From: a virus
Lineage: Duplodnaviria; Heunggongvirae; Uroviricota; Caudoviricetes
Virus record (IMG/VR): IMGVR_UViG_3300021400_002728
Location: 330,267-394,266 of that record
Reading direction: 5' to 3' (one strand)
Length of the DNA stretch: 64,000 nucleotides
The notes below the pieces were generated by a model that was not told where the DNA came from, ran no database searches, and saw only the letters and a program-made list of their open reading frames with translations. Within the stretch, counting starts at the first letter, position 1. Each line of letters opens with the position of its first letter. This document shows, in pieces, positions 35,243 to 45,406 of the stretch. The position numbers and the translations under genes are program-made.

Positions 35243-35794
35243 TTACTGCGGCTTCTTAGGCAATTTAAGATTTATTTTAGGTTTATTTGCCGGAGTTTGA
35301 GGCTGCTGATAAGGCTGTTGAGCCTGTTGCAATTTCATATCTGCAACTGAAGCACTATCATAATTTCCAGTTATAGAATCTATCCTACTCAACATAGTGA
35401 ATCCTTCTTCTGCAGAAACGTCCGGCACTTCCATAAGAGACATCTGCATCTTCAACTGACTTAACTCACTCTGAACAGACTTAAGTTTGTTCTGAGTATC
35501 ATTTAAGTCTTCTGATAATGTCTTATTCTCTTTAGTAAGATCAGAAACGGTTTTTTGAAGATCTGCAATAATAGGATCTACGTCTTCCGGATAATATCCA
35601 TATGGACTTGACACTCTAATACCTAAATCTTTAGCTAACTGCGAAAGCTCATGCTCAATCTTAGAACCCTTACGACTATTTTTCTGCTTAGGTTCTTTAG
35701 GCTGTTTTGGAGCTTTCTGAGGTTTTTCCTTTACAGGTTTTTCCTTCTTAGCAGGAGCCTCGGTTTTAGGTGTGTTATTATCCTTCTTAAACAT
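35243..35794 (-). CDS. DivIVA/GpsB-like coiled-coil protein
   Basis: SSPYGYYPEDVDPIIADLQKTVSDLTKENKTL resembles the DivIVA GY-xx-EVD...L-xx-EN-xx-L signature, followed by a coiled coil. Confidence 0.6.
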   Translation of the reverse strand: MFKKDNNTPKTEAPAKKEKPVKEKPQKAPKQPKEPKQKNSRKGSKIEHELSQLAKDLGIRVSSPYGYYPEDVDPIIADLQKTVSDLTKENKTLSEDLNDTQNKLKSVQSELSQLKMQMSLMEVPDVSAEEGFTMLSRIDSITGNYDSASVADMKLQQAQQPYQQPQTPANKPKINLKLPKKPQ

Positions 35795-35795
35795 A

Positions 35796-36137
35796 TTACA
35801 GCACCTCCACGTATTCCTGAATATCCTCGTTAAATCTAATTCTTACAATTTTTTCTGCACAAAGAATTTTATTGTACACTACTTTGTTACTAGATGTGAC
35901 GTATTGTTCAGAGTCTATTTTACCATAGACTCTGATCATAGCGCCTTGTTGAAGAATATCTTCAAGTCTTTCATCTACTTCACCAGGATAGATTACTCTA
36001 ATATAAGTAAATCTATTCTTTACTGTGTTGTCCATACAAGTATATTTTCCTGTAATGGCTGATACATTGAAATTTGCTATCTCTTCAAAGAGTTTCACAT
36101 CTTTTTGGACACAGCAATCTAAAATTACTTTATTCAT
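35796..36137 (-). CDS. SSB-like OB-fold protein without acidic tail
   Basis: MNKVILD...LQQGAMIRVYGKIDSEQYVT...VYNKILCAEKI follows the SSB pattern. Confidence 0.6.
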   Translation of the reverse strand: MNKVILDCCVQKDVKLFEEIANFNVSAITGKYTCMDNTVKNRFTYIRVIYPGEVDERLEDILQQGAMIRVYGKIDSEQYVTSSNKVVYNKILCAEKIVRIRFNEDIQEYVEVL

Positions 36138-37567
36138 ACGCTGTCTCCTTCAAATGTTACAATCTTATTGAGCTGTTCAATAATCTCGTCACTAGTATCA
36201 ATAGTAATCCACTGCTGATACCACTGAACCTGTTTGATTACTTTATCAATCTGACCAAACTGTGCTACAATAGGAGCAAATCTATTGATATTCTGCTCAA
36301 CAATCTTATTGATGTCGTCATCGTCTTTATCAATACGTGTAAGAACAACCTGAATCTTTTCAAGAATATTATCACCAGGTCTAAAGATATTATTCTGTCT
36401 CTGACCAGATAAAGTCTTGAACTGTTTGATTACAGACTTAACGGCATTAATTGAAGGGTTACAGGTGATGATAATCTTATCAGCAATCTTATAAAGATTA
36501 CTAATAGGAAGTTTTCCAATATAGTCAATACCGCTATCAAAGAAAACTACATCGTAATTATTAATGAGCTTATTGAATATATCATTCCAAAATTCATTGT
36601 CATTAGTAATTGTAGGAATATCCTGCGAAGGTGCAAGATAAAAGTCAATGTTAGGACTAAAGTGATCAGACTTAACCTTACAGTTCTCAAGATAACTAAA
36701 GTCTTTACGTTCATTTCTATAAAGTTTGTAGTAATCCTGCATAGTAGGTGTAAGTTTATTGATCGTAATACCAACCTGACCATCAATAATATCAAAGTCT
36801 GCTAATGCAATTCTTTCAGTTGGATGAGTCTTAGCATACCAGTAAGCGCTAATCAAACACGTAAATGTCTTACCAGTACCACCCTTAGAAGATCCAAATA
36901 AAATTACTTTTGCAGGAGCTGCTTTTCTATTTTTACTTCTATCACCAGCGTCATAGTCATCATACTGAAGCATATTACCTAAGTTAGTCTGCATCTGCTG
37001 AGTAGTTAACTGTTGCATCTGATTCTGACTCATAGGTTTAGGCTGAGTCTGAGGCTGTACAGGTGGCTGCGGCTGAATCGTAGGCTGTGGATTATATACA
37101 GGCTGCGAATAAGGCTGCTGATAGGGTTGCTGATATGGCTGCTGATACTGCTGAGGCTGAGGTGCAGGCTGTGGCTGCTGCATCTGAGGCATCTGCTGAA
37201 TCTGCTGCATTTGTGGCTGCACAGGTTCTGGCTGAACATAAGGTTCAGGCTCTGGCTCCTCATCTATTTTGGGTTCAGGTACATATGTAGAATATGTTCT
37301 AATTTCCTGAGTAATTGTAAATGTAGGAGCAGGTCTGTCATCAAATCTGTAATACATGATATTGACACCGGCTTCAACGTAAGCATTCAATCCTTGATAA
37401 ATCTCTTCCGTTAAATCAGCGACATCATACCAAATACCTTCATCAATTTCAAGACCGTCATCATCTGACGCACGAGTAAAGAACTCATTAGGCGTCCATT
37501 GCTCAACCTGAAAACCCTGTGCAAGATCCTCAGGAAGGCGCTGATCGGTACTTACTACAATGTACAT
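36134..37567 (-). CDS. MinD/ParA/CpaE-family ATPase with N-terminal domain and Q/P linker
   Basis: Deviant Walker A SSKGGTGKT, ALADFD, YDVVFFDS and ADKIII. Confidence 0.85.
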   Translation of the reverse strand: MYIVVSTDQRLPEDLAQGFQVEQWTPNEFFTRASDDDGLEIDEGIWYDVADLTEEIYQGLNAYVEAGVNIMYYRFDDRPAPTFTITQEIRTYSTYVPEPKIDEEPEPEPYVQPEPVQPQMQQIQQMPQMQQPQPAPQPQQYQQPYQQPYQQPYSQPVYNPQPTIQPQPPVQPQTQPKPMSQNQMQQLTTQQMQTNLGNMLQYDDYDAGDRSKNRKAAPAKVILFGSSKGGTGKTFTCLISAYWYAKTHPTERIALADFDIIDGQVGITINKLTPTMQDYYKLYRNERKDFSYLENCKVKSDHFSPNIDFYLAPSQDIPTITNDNEFWNDIFNKLINNYDVVFFDSGIDYIGKLPISNLYKIADKIIITCNPSINAVKSVIKQFKTLSGQRQNNIFRPGDNILEKIQVVLTRIDKDDDDINKIVEQNINRFAPIVAQFGQIDKVIKQVQWYQQWITIDTSDEIIEQLNKIVTFEGDSV

Positions 37568-37616
37568 ATAAGTTTCCTCCTATTTGTGAGGGCCATTTTT
37601 TGACCCTCACTATTAT

Positions 37617-37634
37617 ATAAATTAAATAGCTTTT
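37617..37634 (-). promoter_or_regulatory. Element-specific box upstream of the MinD-like operon
   Basis: AAAAGCTATTTAATTTATA; followed by a GTGAGGGTCA/TGGCCCTCAC hairpin at 37586-37610. Confidence 0.6.
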
Positions 37635-40363
37635 TATAGACGTTTCTTAGCACGCTGAACTTTAGCCTTAGTATCTTGATACATATGTCTAACGTCTTTC
37701 CAATTGAATCCAAGAATGACAATACAACATGCAATGTATAAGAATAATTCTATGAATCCTTTATCTACAAAGACATAATATAAAGTAATCATAAGGTTAA
37801 GCTTTAATGCAGCTGTAAAATAATCTACAAATGATTTCTTAACTGAATCAAAGAATGGTGCTATTCCCAAATCTGGTTTAAAGATTTCCAGCATTGTGAA
37901 ATAGATCATCTTAAATGTGGTAATCAATAATAAGAAGAATGATGTAATCTTCTTAATGATTACTGGGAACATGAAGAGTAATAATCCAGCATTAAATAAT
38001 GCAACATAACTTTGCCATTCAAAATGGTTATTTAATAAGTGTGCACGCTGATAGTTATTATTTATTGAACCATTAGCATAATACTGAGGTGAAATATTCA
38101 TCTGTGCATCAATAATTCTAAATAAATCAGCAGGTAAATCTGGATCATTTGCAGTAGTTTTAGTTAAATGATTAGGAAATTTAACTTCATCAACAGTCAA
38201 ATCAATTTCTTCTACTGCTTCCTCATCTAATGTAGAATCAATATGATATATTGTACCGCATGAATATGCATAAGCAGCCCAATTTCTGATCTCATTTCCA
38301 CCACCAGTAGGAACAAATACGTCACCAGTAGATTCTACACTATTATAGAATGCTTTACCAGTCATATCAGTCGTATCTATTTCCTCATTATCTTGTGGCA
38401 TCATATGATCTTCTGATACTGATGCATAATGTGTATATAAGTCTTCATAATTTCTATTATCAAACTGACCTCTACACCAAGGATTAAATACAGCCTTTCG
38501 CCATAATACTGCATGAACAGCTAAATCTGGATCAGAAACGTTAATTACTTCATCATTAGCTAATGATGCAGTTAATGCTTCATTAAAGATTGTATCAATA
38601 ATTGTAACTGCTTTTGTTATAGTTTCATTAAATATAGCAGGTTTAGCAATAGCTGCAAACATCATACCTAAACAAATGAAACCAACAAGAAATCGATTTA
38701 TTGCATCTCTAGCAGCGCCTTGACCTTTAGCATATTTAATCGCTTTACCAACTAGAGAGAATATAAAGAAGATCATTGCTAAACCTAAAATAACTAAAAT
38801 AGGCGCTTTAAGTACTGTCCAAACAGATGTACTTTCAAGATATTCTACTAATTCTACAAACACTTCTCTAAGCTCAGGTCCTATCATTAACGATACAATT
38901 GCAACAAACAGTTTAGCAATAGAAAGTTTAAGTGATCCTGAAACATAGAAATATCCATTAAACCATCCTAAATAAAGTGATGTTACACGAGGATCTTTTT
39001 CACTTCCACCTGGTGGTATATCATCTGTAGTTAGAACTAATGGTCTATCTGGGTAAACATTACAAGATAAGTAATTATATGCGTCATAATTAATTGAGTT
39101 AACTTTACGTAACTCTTTAATTTTATCTTGATCAATTGCGCTCCATACATGGTCTAATAGTGTAGGTGTATATGTAGCTTCACCCATATATCTAAACCAA
39201 TGTACATCTTCACCATATAATTCAAATAAACTATATGATGATGAACTATCACCATTACCTTGTAAATTATTTATATATCCAGTCCATACTTCTTTGTTAT
39301 GTTCTCTAAGATCATCATTTTTAGTTAAGTTAGCAATAAATCCACCATTTCTAGGATAATATGCAGCTGTTGAAGCATAACTATATAAAATACCTCTGTC
39401 TTGAATACCATCTCTAATGACGATACCTTTAAGACCTGCCATATTTATTACTTTATTAGCATATTTTTGATTCCAATCTTTTCCATGGAACATTTCCCAA
39501 AGAGGAATTGCTAATGCTTGTCTATGGGCAACAAAACTAGAAAGTTCATGACCATTAATAAATGTATGGAAATATGATTCTACACATTCATCAAGTGATT
39601 TTCCTTCTGTTTCTTCTATCCAAGCATTAATATCAGCATAACTATATCCTCCAATATCATGATCAGCTAAGAAATAAGATAACTGCTGTTCGAAAATATA
39701 CCATCTATCACCATTACCTTGCGCCCAAGAACATAGTCTACCAAAATTACCTTTACCAGTAAACTGATATAATCCACAACCAAGCCAACCTACACCTGCT
39801 TCATCATAATATCCACCACGTAAAGATAAGGTAGTACCAACTACACTTGAATACGTAGAACCACTCCAATCTGGTGGCGTATTTTCATGAATCTTATCAA
39901 TTGTATCTTGTGGAATATTATAGCCATTTACTAACAGTGTATCTGTACATAGTGTTCTAAAGTCAGCATTCGTATCCATCATCTGGCTATAATTATTGAT
40001 ATAAGCAACTGCTTCATCTTGTGAATCACCTAATTCTCCCAATCCCATTGGATCTGGACCTTCAATAATTTCTGGTCTATATCCACTCTCTGCCTCCATA
40101 CATGCTAATGCTGCACAGGCTTGGTTATCGTCCATACCTAAACCTTTGAATACACACCAAGCTCTGTATCGATACATTGCTTTCATGCTATTTTCAAAGT
40201 CATGAATATCTTCTGGATCTTCTAGTCCAGTATAACCATCAGTCGATGTGTAAGCATTAGCACGCGTAATAGTAGGCAAGGAAGATACAGCAAAGGATAG
40301 CATCGCAATGATGACTAGTCCTAATGCAATAATTGCACTAGCTTTACTAATCTTCTTTTTCAT
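37634..40363 (-). CDS. Phage-tail-lysozyme-like domain fused to a VirB6-like polytopic membrane region
   Basis: GMDDNQACAALACMEAESG...GCGLYQFTG...QLSYF lysozyme motifs, then about 6 TM segments around a large loop. Confidence 0.65.
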   Translation of the reverse strand: MKKKISKASAIIALGLVIIAMLSFAVSSLPTITRANAYTSTDGYTGLEDPEDIHDFENSMKAMYRYRAWCVFKGLGMDDNQACAALACMEAESGYRPEIIEGPDPMGLGELGDSQDEAVAYINNYSQMMDTNADFRTLCTDTLLVNGYNIPQDTIDKIHENTPPDWSGSTYSSVVGTTLSLRGGYYDEAGVGWLGCGLYQFTGKGNFGRLCSWAQGNGDRWYIFEQQLSYFLADHDIGGYSYADINAWIEETEGKSLDECVESYFHTFINGHELSSFVAHRQALAIPLWEMFHGKDWNQKYANKVINMAGLKGIVIRDGIQDRGILYSYASTAAYYPRNGGFIANLTKNDDLREHNKEVWTGYINNLQGNGDSSSSYSLFELYGEDVHWFRYMGEATYTPTLLDHVWSAIDQDKIKELRKVNSINYDAYNYLSCNVYPDRPLVLTTDDIPPGGSEKDPRVTSLYLGWFNGYFYVSGSLKLSIAKLFVAIVSLMIGPELREVFVELVEYLESTSVWTVLKAPILVILGLAMIFFIFSLVGKAIKYAKGQGAARDAINRFLVGFICLGMMFAAIAKPAIFNETITKAVTIIDTIFNEALTASLANDEVINVSDPDLAVHAVLWRKAVFNPWCRGQFDNRNYEDLYTHYASVSEDHMMPQDNEEIDTTDMTGKAFYNSVESTGDVFVPTGGGNEIRNWAAYAYSCGTIYHIDSTLDEEAVEEIDLTVDEVKFPNHLTKTTANDPDLPADLFRIIDAQMNISPQYYANGSINNNYQRAHLLNNHFEWQSYVALFNAGLLLFMFPVIIKKITSFFLLLITTFKMIYFTMLEIFKPDLGIAPFFDSVKKSFVDYFTAALKLNLMITLYYVFVDKGFIELFLYIACCIVILGFNWKDVRHMYQDTKAKVQRAKKRL

Positions 40364-40381
40364 TTACTGTATCTCCTTTCA

Positions 40382-43300
40382 TTAATCCTTAACTCCACCA
40401 ATTTTAGGTGGGTTTTTCTTCTTCTCTGATCCAGAACCCGTCTTAGTTTCCTGAGAATCTGTTGGACCATCACCATACATATCATTTACACTTTGTTGAT
40501 TGTCTGGTCTTTCTGACTGCTGCTTAGAAGGTCTTTCAATTCCATCGTCAGTCTTAATTCCGTGATGAGATATACCATGTCCAGCATCTACTCTATCTTC
40601 ATCTTTATAATCAGACTTATGATCAATATGCGTTCTATAAGTATAATCTTTTACATCGCGGTTTGTCTTATCTACTGTCTGTGTTTCTGCAGTAACAACA
40701 TGTTTAAGTTTAACTTGACCAATTTTTCCAGCTGCCATATGTTCTCTAATAGATTCTCCAACATTATCTTGACCATGCTCAAGATTTCTCATCTGACGTC
40801 TAGTCTGTTCATCATGCATCTTGTTATATGCAGGTCCTTCTTGAGCTTTAGCTCTATTATACCAGTTCATAACCTGAGTATCATACTTCTTAGCGCGATA
40901 TTGAGATCTACGATTACCATTCTCATCAAAGAGAACGTCGCGCTGTTCTTCAAGACTCATATTTGAATACTCTTCTGGCATATCATTATCAATATCCTGA
41001 TTCTTAGCTGCATTCTGAATTCTATCTTGCTGTAATCTTTGCTGAGCACGTGATAAGTTAGTTAACCAATACATCCAAATCAATGTATTAGGGAACCATA
41101 CCTGTCTACCAAAATCATGCCACCATCTGATCATCATAAATGTTAACCAGAATAAGAAGATTTCAAGAAGTAAACCAAATATTCCTTCTGCATCCATACC
41201 CATAAACATTACGATACCAGCGTATAAACCGATCATAATCATTGCTATAGTAGGAGCAAAAGTTTCAAGAATGATTCTACCCATTGGTTTACCTTCTGCA
41301 CCTCTACCTAAGATTACTCTAAAGATAAAGATATATAATACAAACCATTGCCATAAGAAAGTTAACATCTTAATTAACGATAACAAGCAACAGAGTATAC
41401 AGTTCAGAAGTTTTACAATAAGGTTGAGCATTCCAGATTGGAACTCTCCATTATAGTTTTCATTCATTCTTGTAGACATAGATAGACTATCACCATTATC
41501 AGTAATAGTAACTCTTGGGGCAAGGAAATGGTCAACTACACGATAAGCATTATTGTTTATCTTTGATCCATTATAAGTATGCCCACCAACTGTTACTGTG
41601 TTGGCAACAGAATTTGAATATCCCCAATAATGGAATGAATCCATTAATAATACTGACCAGTGTTTAACTTCAACACCACCAATTGTAGGAAATTCTTTTT
41701 CTACAGTCTCTCTATAGTCAGTTGCATCATTTATAACTTGTTCACTCTTTAATATACCATAACCAGTATTATACTTTGACCAAGTATCAAGATATGGCAT
41801 ATAATAAGTAACTTCCATATCAGATGCAGTACCATATAGATATGTTAATTCTGGAACGCTGTATATTGTAGACATTTCGCCTAGGTTAATTACCTTAGTA
41901 TCTACATTCTTAATCATCGTCCAAACTTTAGTTGGATTAGCAAACGTAGCAGTAATTAAACCTAATTCAAATACAAGTATAAAGAATGCTAGAATTAATT
42001 TAGCACCAGATTGAGTACCCATTTTTATGATGGCTACTACAGTCTTAAATATAAAGAAGACTGCTAACAAACACATCATAAGAGTTACATATCCACTAAC
42101 CCACATATTAGCAGGCGATAATCCATAACCGTCTAATACATCAAAATTACATAGCTGTTGCATAAATACTGAGAACTCAGTAATTCTACCTGCAAGCTTA
42201 ACTATAGTTTTTTGTGGTTTAATATAAATTCCAAGTGCTAATGGATTAATTGCAAAATCTGAAATTAACTTACCTACAACATGTGTTTTATATAGCTCAA
42301 CACGTGGATCATTTACACCATAATTTTCTCTGTCTCGTGCTAAAAGAGAAGCAGTATCATATGGCATTACACGTTTATCATCAGATATAACCATTGTAAG
42401 TGGTGCCATATTGCCTTCATTTTTAGCAGTAGCACACATAATTTTCATCATATTAGAAATTACTTCACTATAATATGGTCCACAATATGCTTCTAGTTTT
42501 GTAAGAATTTCATGTGTATCAGCATCTGTTAATTCATGTTTAGACTCTGGATAATCTTCAGTAACTGTCCAAATTCTACTATACGCATAAACATGAACTG
42601 TTGTAAGCGATGTCTTATCATCGCCATATTTTCTAGACCAGCACTCATCTTCTTTTTCACTCTCATTTGTAATTAAACATTGTCTATATAAGAGTTCTTT
42701 CTTAGATGTATCATCTGGCTGATCATCACCCTTCTTAAGAAGTTCAATGAATCTATCATGTTTTTCCATTAACTCTTGATTCTTAAGATAAGTGTTATAA
42801 ATATTCTGTAACTGTGCTGGAATAAAATCTGACTTATCAAATGTAAAGCTTTCAAAACTACAAGTAGCTATAAAGTCTTTATAATCATCGTAAGTCATTG
42901 TATTAGTAGTATCATTTTTAGCATATAAGTAAATAATTTTATAGTTAATATACTTTATTTCTGTTTGAGTATATGTAGTTTCTGACCATACTGTCCAACT
43001 AGTATCATCTGGTCCTTCTTTATCGTCATTACTACTAGAAGTTGCGGGTCCATTTTCATATGAATAATTATCATAATATTCAGGATCATCTCTAAATGGT
43101 TCAGTATCAGTAAAAACCATTTCTTCAATTTCATCTGTAATAGTAGTAGTCCAAGGGCCAATATCAGTATGTTCATTATAAATTGTATAACCACTTGGTA
43201 TTGCAACTGAATCTGAATATTCTGTTATAGTTCTTGTTCTAGTTTGAATTTGATATGATACATGTGCTTTAAAATTAGTACTAGTTTCAGTATATTTTAA

Positions 43301-44476
43301 AATATCTGCAGCTAAACTAATTGAATTATTTAAGTCTTCATTTTCAGTAAATTCAGTAGTAGTTATACCGTACTTAGCAGGTCTATTAAGATTCGTTCCG
43401 CTACCGCCATATCTTTTAAAACTACCGCAAGCAGCGTTAATCATAATATATGCTTTATTAGGATTAGCATTTACCCAATTAAGAAATACTGAATTATATG
43501 AAGGAATACTTGCTAAAAAATGCCATGCGTCATATTTTCTATTACCTACTAAAGTAGTAAGTGATAAACAAGCTTCAATACCAGCTGCTCCGCCACCAGC
43601 ACTTTCATAAGCATCCCAATATTCCATTCTTTGACATGCTTCTTTATATTCATCTGAATGTGTTTCATTATAGAGCTTAGCTTTACTATATGCTTCTTCA
43701 GTAACAGCTAATTCAATAACTTCTTCTGGTCCAGAAAAATACTCACCAGATAATTCAGCTTTAGATGCTTCAATTGTATCAACTGGAATTTGTCTTTCAA
43801 AATAATCTAAATAGTATAATTTAAAGAAATCTAAAATATAATCACTTTTATCTTTATATTCATGATTCAGATAAGTAATTGTATTAAAGTTATCTGCATC
43901 TGGTGCTTTTAAGAAAGACACACCGAATAAAGATTTAATCGCTCTCCAAGCTACTTCCCACCAATGTTTAGGATTAGGTAAAATACCAGCAGTAGACATT
44001 ACTTCTTTAGGATATTCGCCCATATAAGTATAACTTGGAACTTGAAAACCATATTTTGTTATGACATTTTCAGTAGTAGCGTTTTTACCAACTTTTACAA
44101 CCCATTCTGTATCTTCAATTTTATAAGTATCATCTGTATAACCATCATCAACCGATGAAATAACACGATTCTTACAAATAGATTGAAGATTTGGTGTGTT
44201 AAAATAACCTTTATAGATAGTCTCCCCGCTATCATCATATTTCTTTATGACTGTATAAGTCTTAAATTGAAATATCCAACTTACTATATCTGGAATATCG
44301 TAAATAGTGAAATCAAATAACTTTTCGACATCTTTTCCTTCAATAATATAATAAGTTGCATCAGATCCACTATCGCTAGGTATGTAGTTATCTGCAAAAG
44401 CTGGACTGAACGAAGATAATATCGTGATGGTACAAATACTCACTGCTAAAAATTGTTTTAACCATTCTTTAAACAT
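40382..44476 (-). CDS. Large VirB6-like membrane protein with about 750-aa exported N-terminal region
   Basis: Signal peptide (SPAFA), TM pair, large loop, TM cluster and charged tail; same layout as 37634 and 10498. Confidence 0.55.
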   Translation of the reverse strand: MFKEWLKQFLAVSICTITILSSFSPAFADNYIPSDSGSDATYYIIEGKDVEKLFDFTIYDIPDIVSWIFQFKTYTVIKKYDDSGETIYKGYFNTPNLQSICKNRVISSVDDGYTDDTYKIEDTEWVVKVGKNATTENVITKYGFQVPSYTYMGEYPKEVMSTAGILPNPKHWWEVAWRAIKSLFGVSFLKAPDADNFNTITYLNHEYKDKSDYILDFFKLYYLDYFERQIPVDTIEASKAELSGEYFSGPEEVIELAVTEEAYSKAKLYNETHSDEYKEACQRMEYWDAYESAGGGAAGIEACLSLTTLVGNRKYDAWHFLASIPSYNSVFLNWVNANPNKAYIMINAACGSFKRYGGSGTNLNRPAKYGITTTEFTENEDLNNSISLAADILKYTETSTNFKAHVSYQIQTRTRTITEYSDSVAIPSGYTIYNEHTDIGPWTTTITDEIEEMVFTDTEPFRDDPEYYDNYSYENGPATSSSNDDKEGPDDTSWTVWSETTYTQTEIKYINYKIIYLYAKNDTTNTMTYDDYKDFIATCSFESFTFDKSDFIPAQLQNIYNTYLKNQELMEKHDRFIELLKKGDDQPDDTSKKELLYRQCLITNESEKEDECWSRKYGDDKTSLTTVHVYAYSRIWTVTEDYPESKHELTDADTHEILTKLEAYCGPYYSEVISNMMKIMCATAKNEGNMAPLTMVISDDKRVMPYDTASLLARDRENYGVNDPRVELYKTHVVGKLISDFAINPLALGIYIKPQKTIVKLAGRITEFSVFMQQLCNFDVLDGYGLSPANMWVSGYVTLMMCLLAVFFIFKTVVAIIKMGTQSGAKLILAFFILVFELGLITATFANPTKVWTMIKNVDTKVINLGEMSTIYSVPELTYLYGTASDMEVTYYMPYLDTWSKYNTGYGILKSEQVINDATDYRETVEKEFPTIGGVEVKHWSVLLMDSFHYWGYSNSVANTVTVGGHTYNGSKINNNAYRVVDHFLAPRVTITDNGDSLSMSTRMNENYNGEFQSGMLNLIVKLLNCILCCLLSLIKMLTFLWQWFVLYIFIFRVILGRGAEGKPMGRIILETFAPTIAMIMIGLYAGIVMFMGMDAEGIFGLLLEIFLFWLTFMMIRWWHDFGRQVWFPNTLIWMYWLTNLSRAQQRLQQDRIQNAAKNQDIDNDMPEEYSNMSLEEQRDVLFDENGNRRSQYRAKKYDTQVMNWYNRAKAQEGPAYNKMHDEQTRRQMRNLEHGQDNVGESIREHMAAGKIGQVKLKHVVTAETQTVDKTNRDVKDYTYRTHIDHKSDYKDEDRVDAGHGISHHGIKTDDGIERPSKQQSERPDNQQSVNDMYGDGPTDSQETKTGSGSEKKKNPPKIGGVKD

Positions 44477-44512
44477 GATAAATCTCCTTTCAGTTTAATA
44501 ATGGATATCTGA

Positions 44513-44971
44513 TTATTTTTTAGCTATTCTTGATCTTTTCGTTTTCTTTGTAATCTCTTCTGCAACAGGTGTAAATGCTTCTATACAATCACTTTCAGCA
44601 TATCCATTAGTAGAGATCCAATTATGTGGCCAATTTTTAACTTTAGTATTATGTACATCAAATCCTATATGAGAAAACGTTTTTACAATATTCGATTTTC
44701 TCTTATGTTCTCGATAGTAAATCATTTTTACACCATAGCCTGCCCACATATTTACGCAGTATGAGAATAGCGAAACCATATCTTCTTTCTTAGTAACGTA
44801 AATATAGTGAATTATGGCTATAGTAAAACCGTTTACTTCTCTGAAACCAAAGGAAATAAATGCATCGCCTAAAGTTACAGTATACCCATCAAGAGGAACA
44901 TTACGATGATAATTCGTACCATGTTCATCATTGATAAGTCTTTGTAATTTTACCTTATCATAATTTACCAT
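44513..44971 (-). CDS. Hypothetical protein
   Basis: GAGG SD; 152 aa. Confidence 0.65.
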   Translation of the reverse strand: MVNYDKVKLQRLINDEHGTNYHRNVPLDGYTVTLGDAFISFGFREVNGFTIAIIHYIYVTKKEDMVSLFSYCVNMWAGYGVKMIYYREHKRKSNIVKTFSHIGFDVHNTKVKNWPHNWISTNGYAESDCIEAFTPVAEEITKKTKRSRIAKK

Positions 44972-44986
44972 TGTTTTAATTTCCTC

Positions 44987-45406
44987 CTAAATTTCTATCA
45001 AGTTGTCCATATCAAGGACCGCCCAATTATTTTCGATAAAGGCTTGAAAGTCTTCATATATATTTGTAAATTCTAATAGCGAGGCAAACTCAAAGATATT
45101 GATAGTTTTTAAGCTCTTTATCAATTCTTTTACTTCGGCTATTGATAGAATTTCTGTAAAAAAACGACGCTGATTATTATAAAAATCTTCAGCGTCAATG
45201 TAAAGAAATTCGTCCAGATCTTCATCGGACTCTGTATATAATATAAAACACTCTTGATGCTTGATGTCTGCCTTTAATCCGATTTTATATAGAACTTTTC
45301 GAATGACATTTCCATCATTATATGTTACTCTTAATTCTTCAGTTAAAGGCTTTAGACGATCTAAGCAATAATAATTAAACTCTTGATGTTGCTTAGTCAG
45401 ATTCAT
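44987..45406 (-). CDS. Hypothetical protein
   Basis: Start overlaps the sbcD stop (ATGA). Confidence 0.65.
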   Translation of the reverse strand: MNLTKQHQEFNYYCLDRLKPLTEELRVTYNDGNVIRKVLYKIGLKADIKHQECFILYTESDEDLDEFLYIDAEDFYNNQRRFFTEILSIAEVKELIKSLKTINIFEFASLLEFTNIYEDFQAFIENNWAVLDMDNLIEI

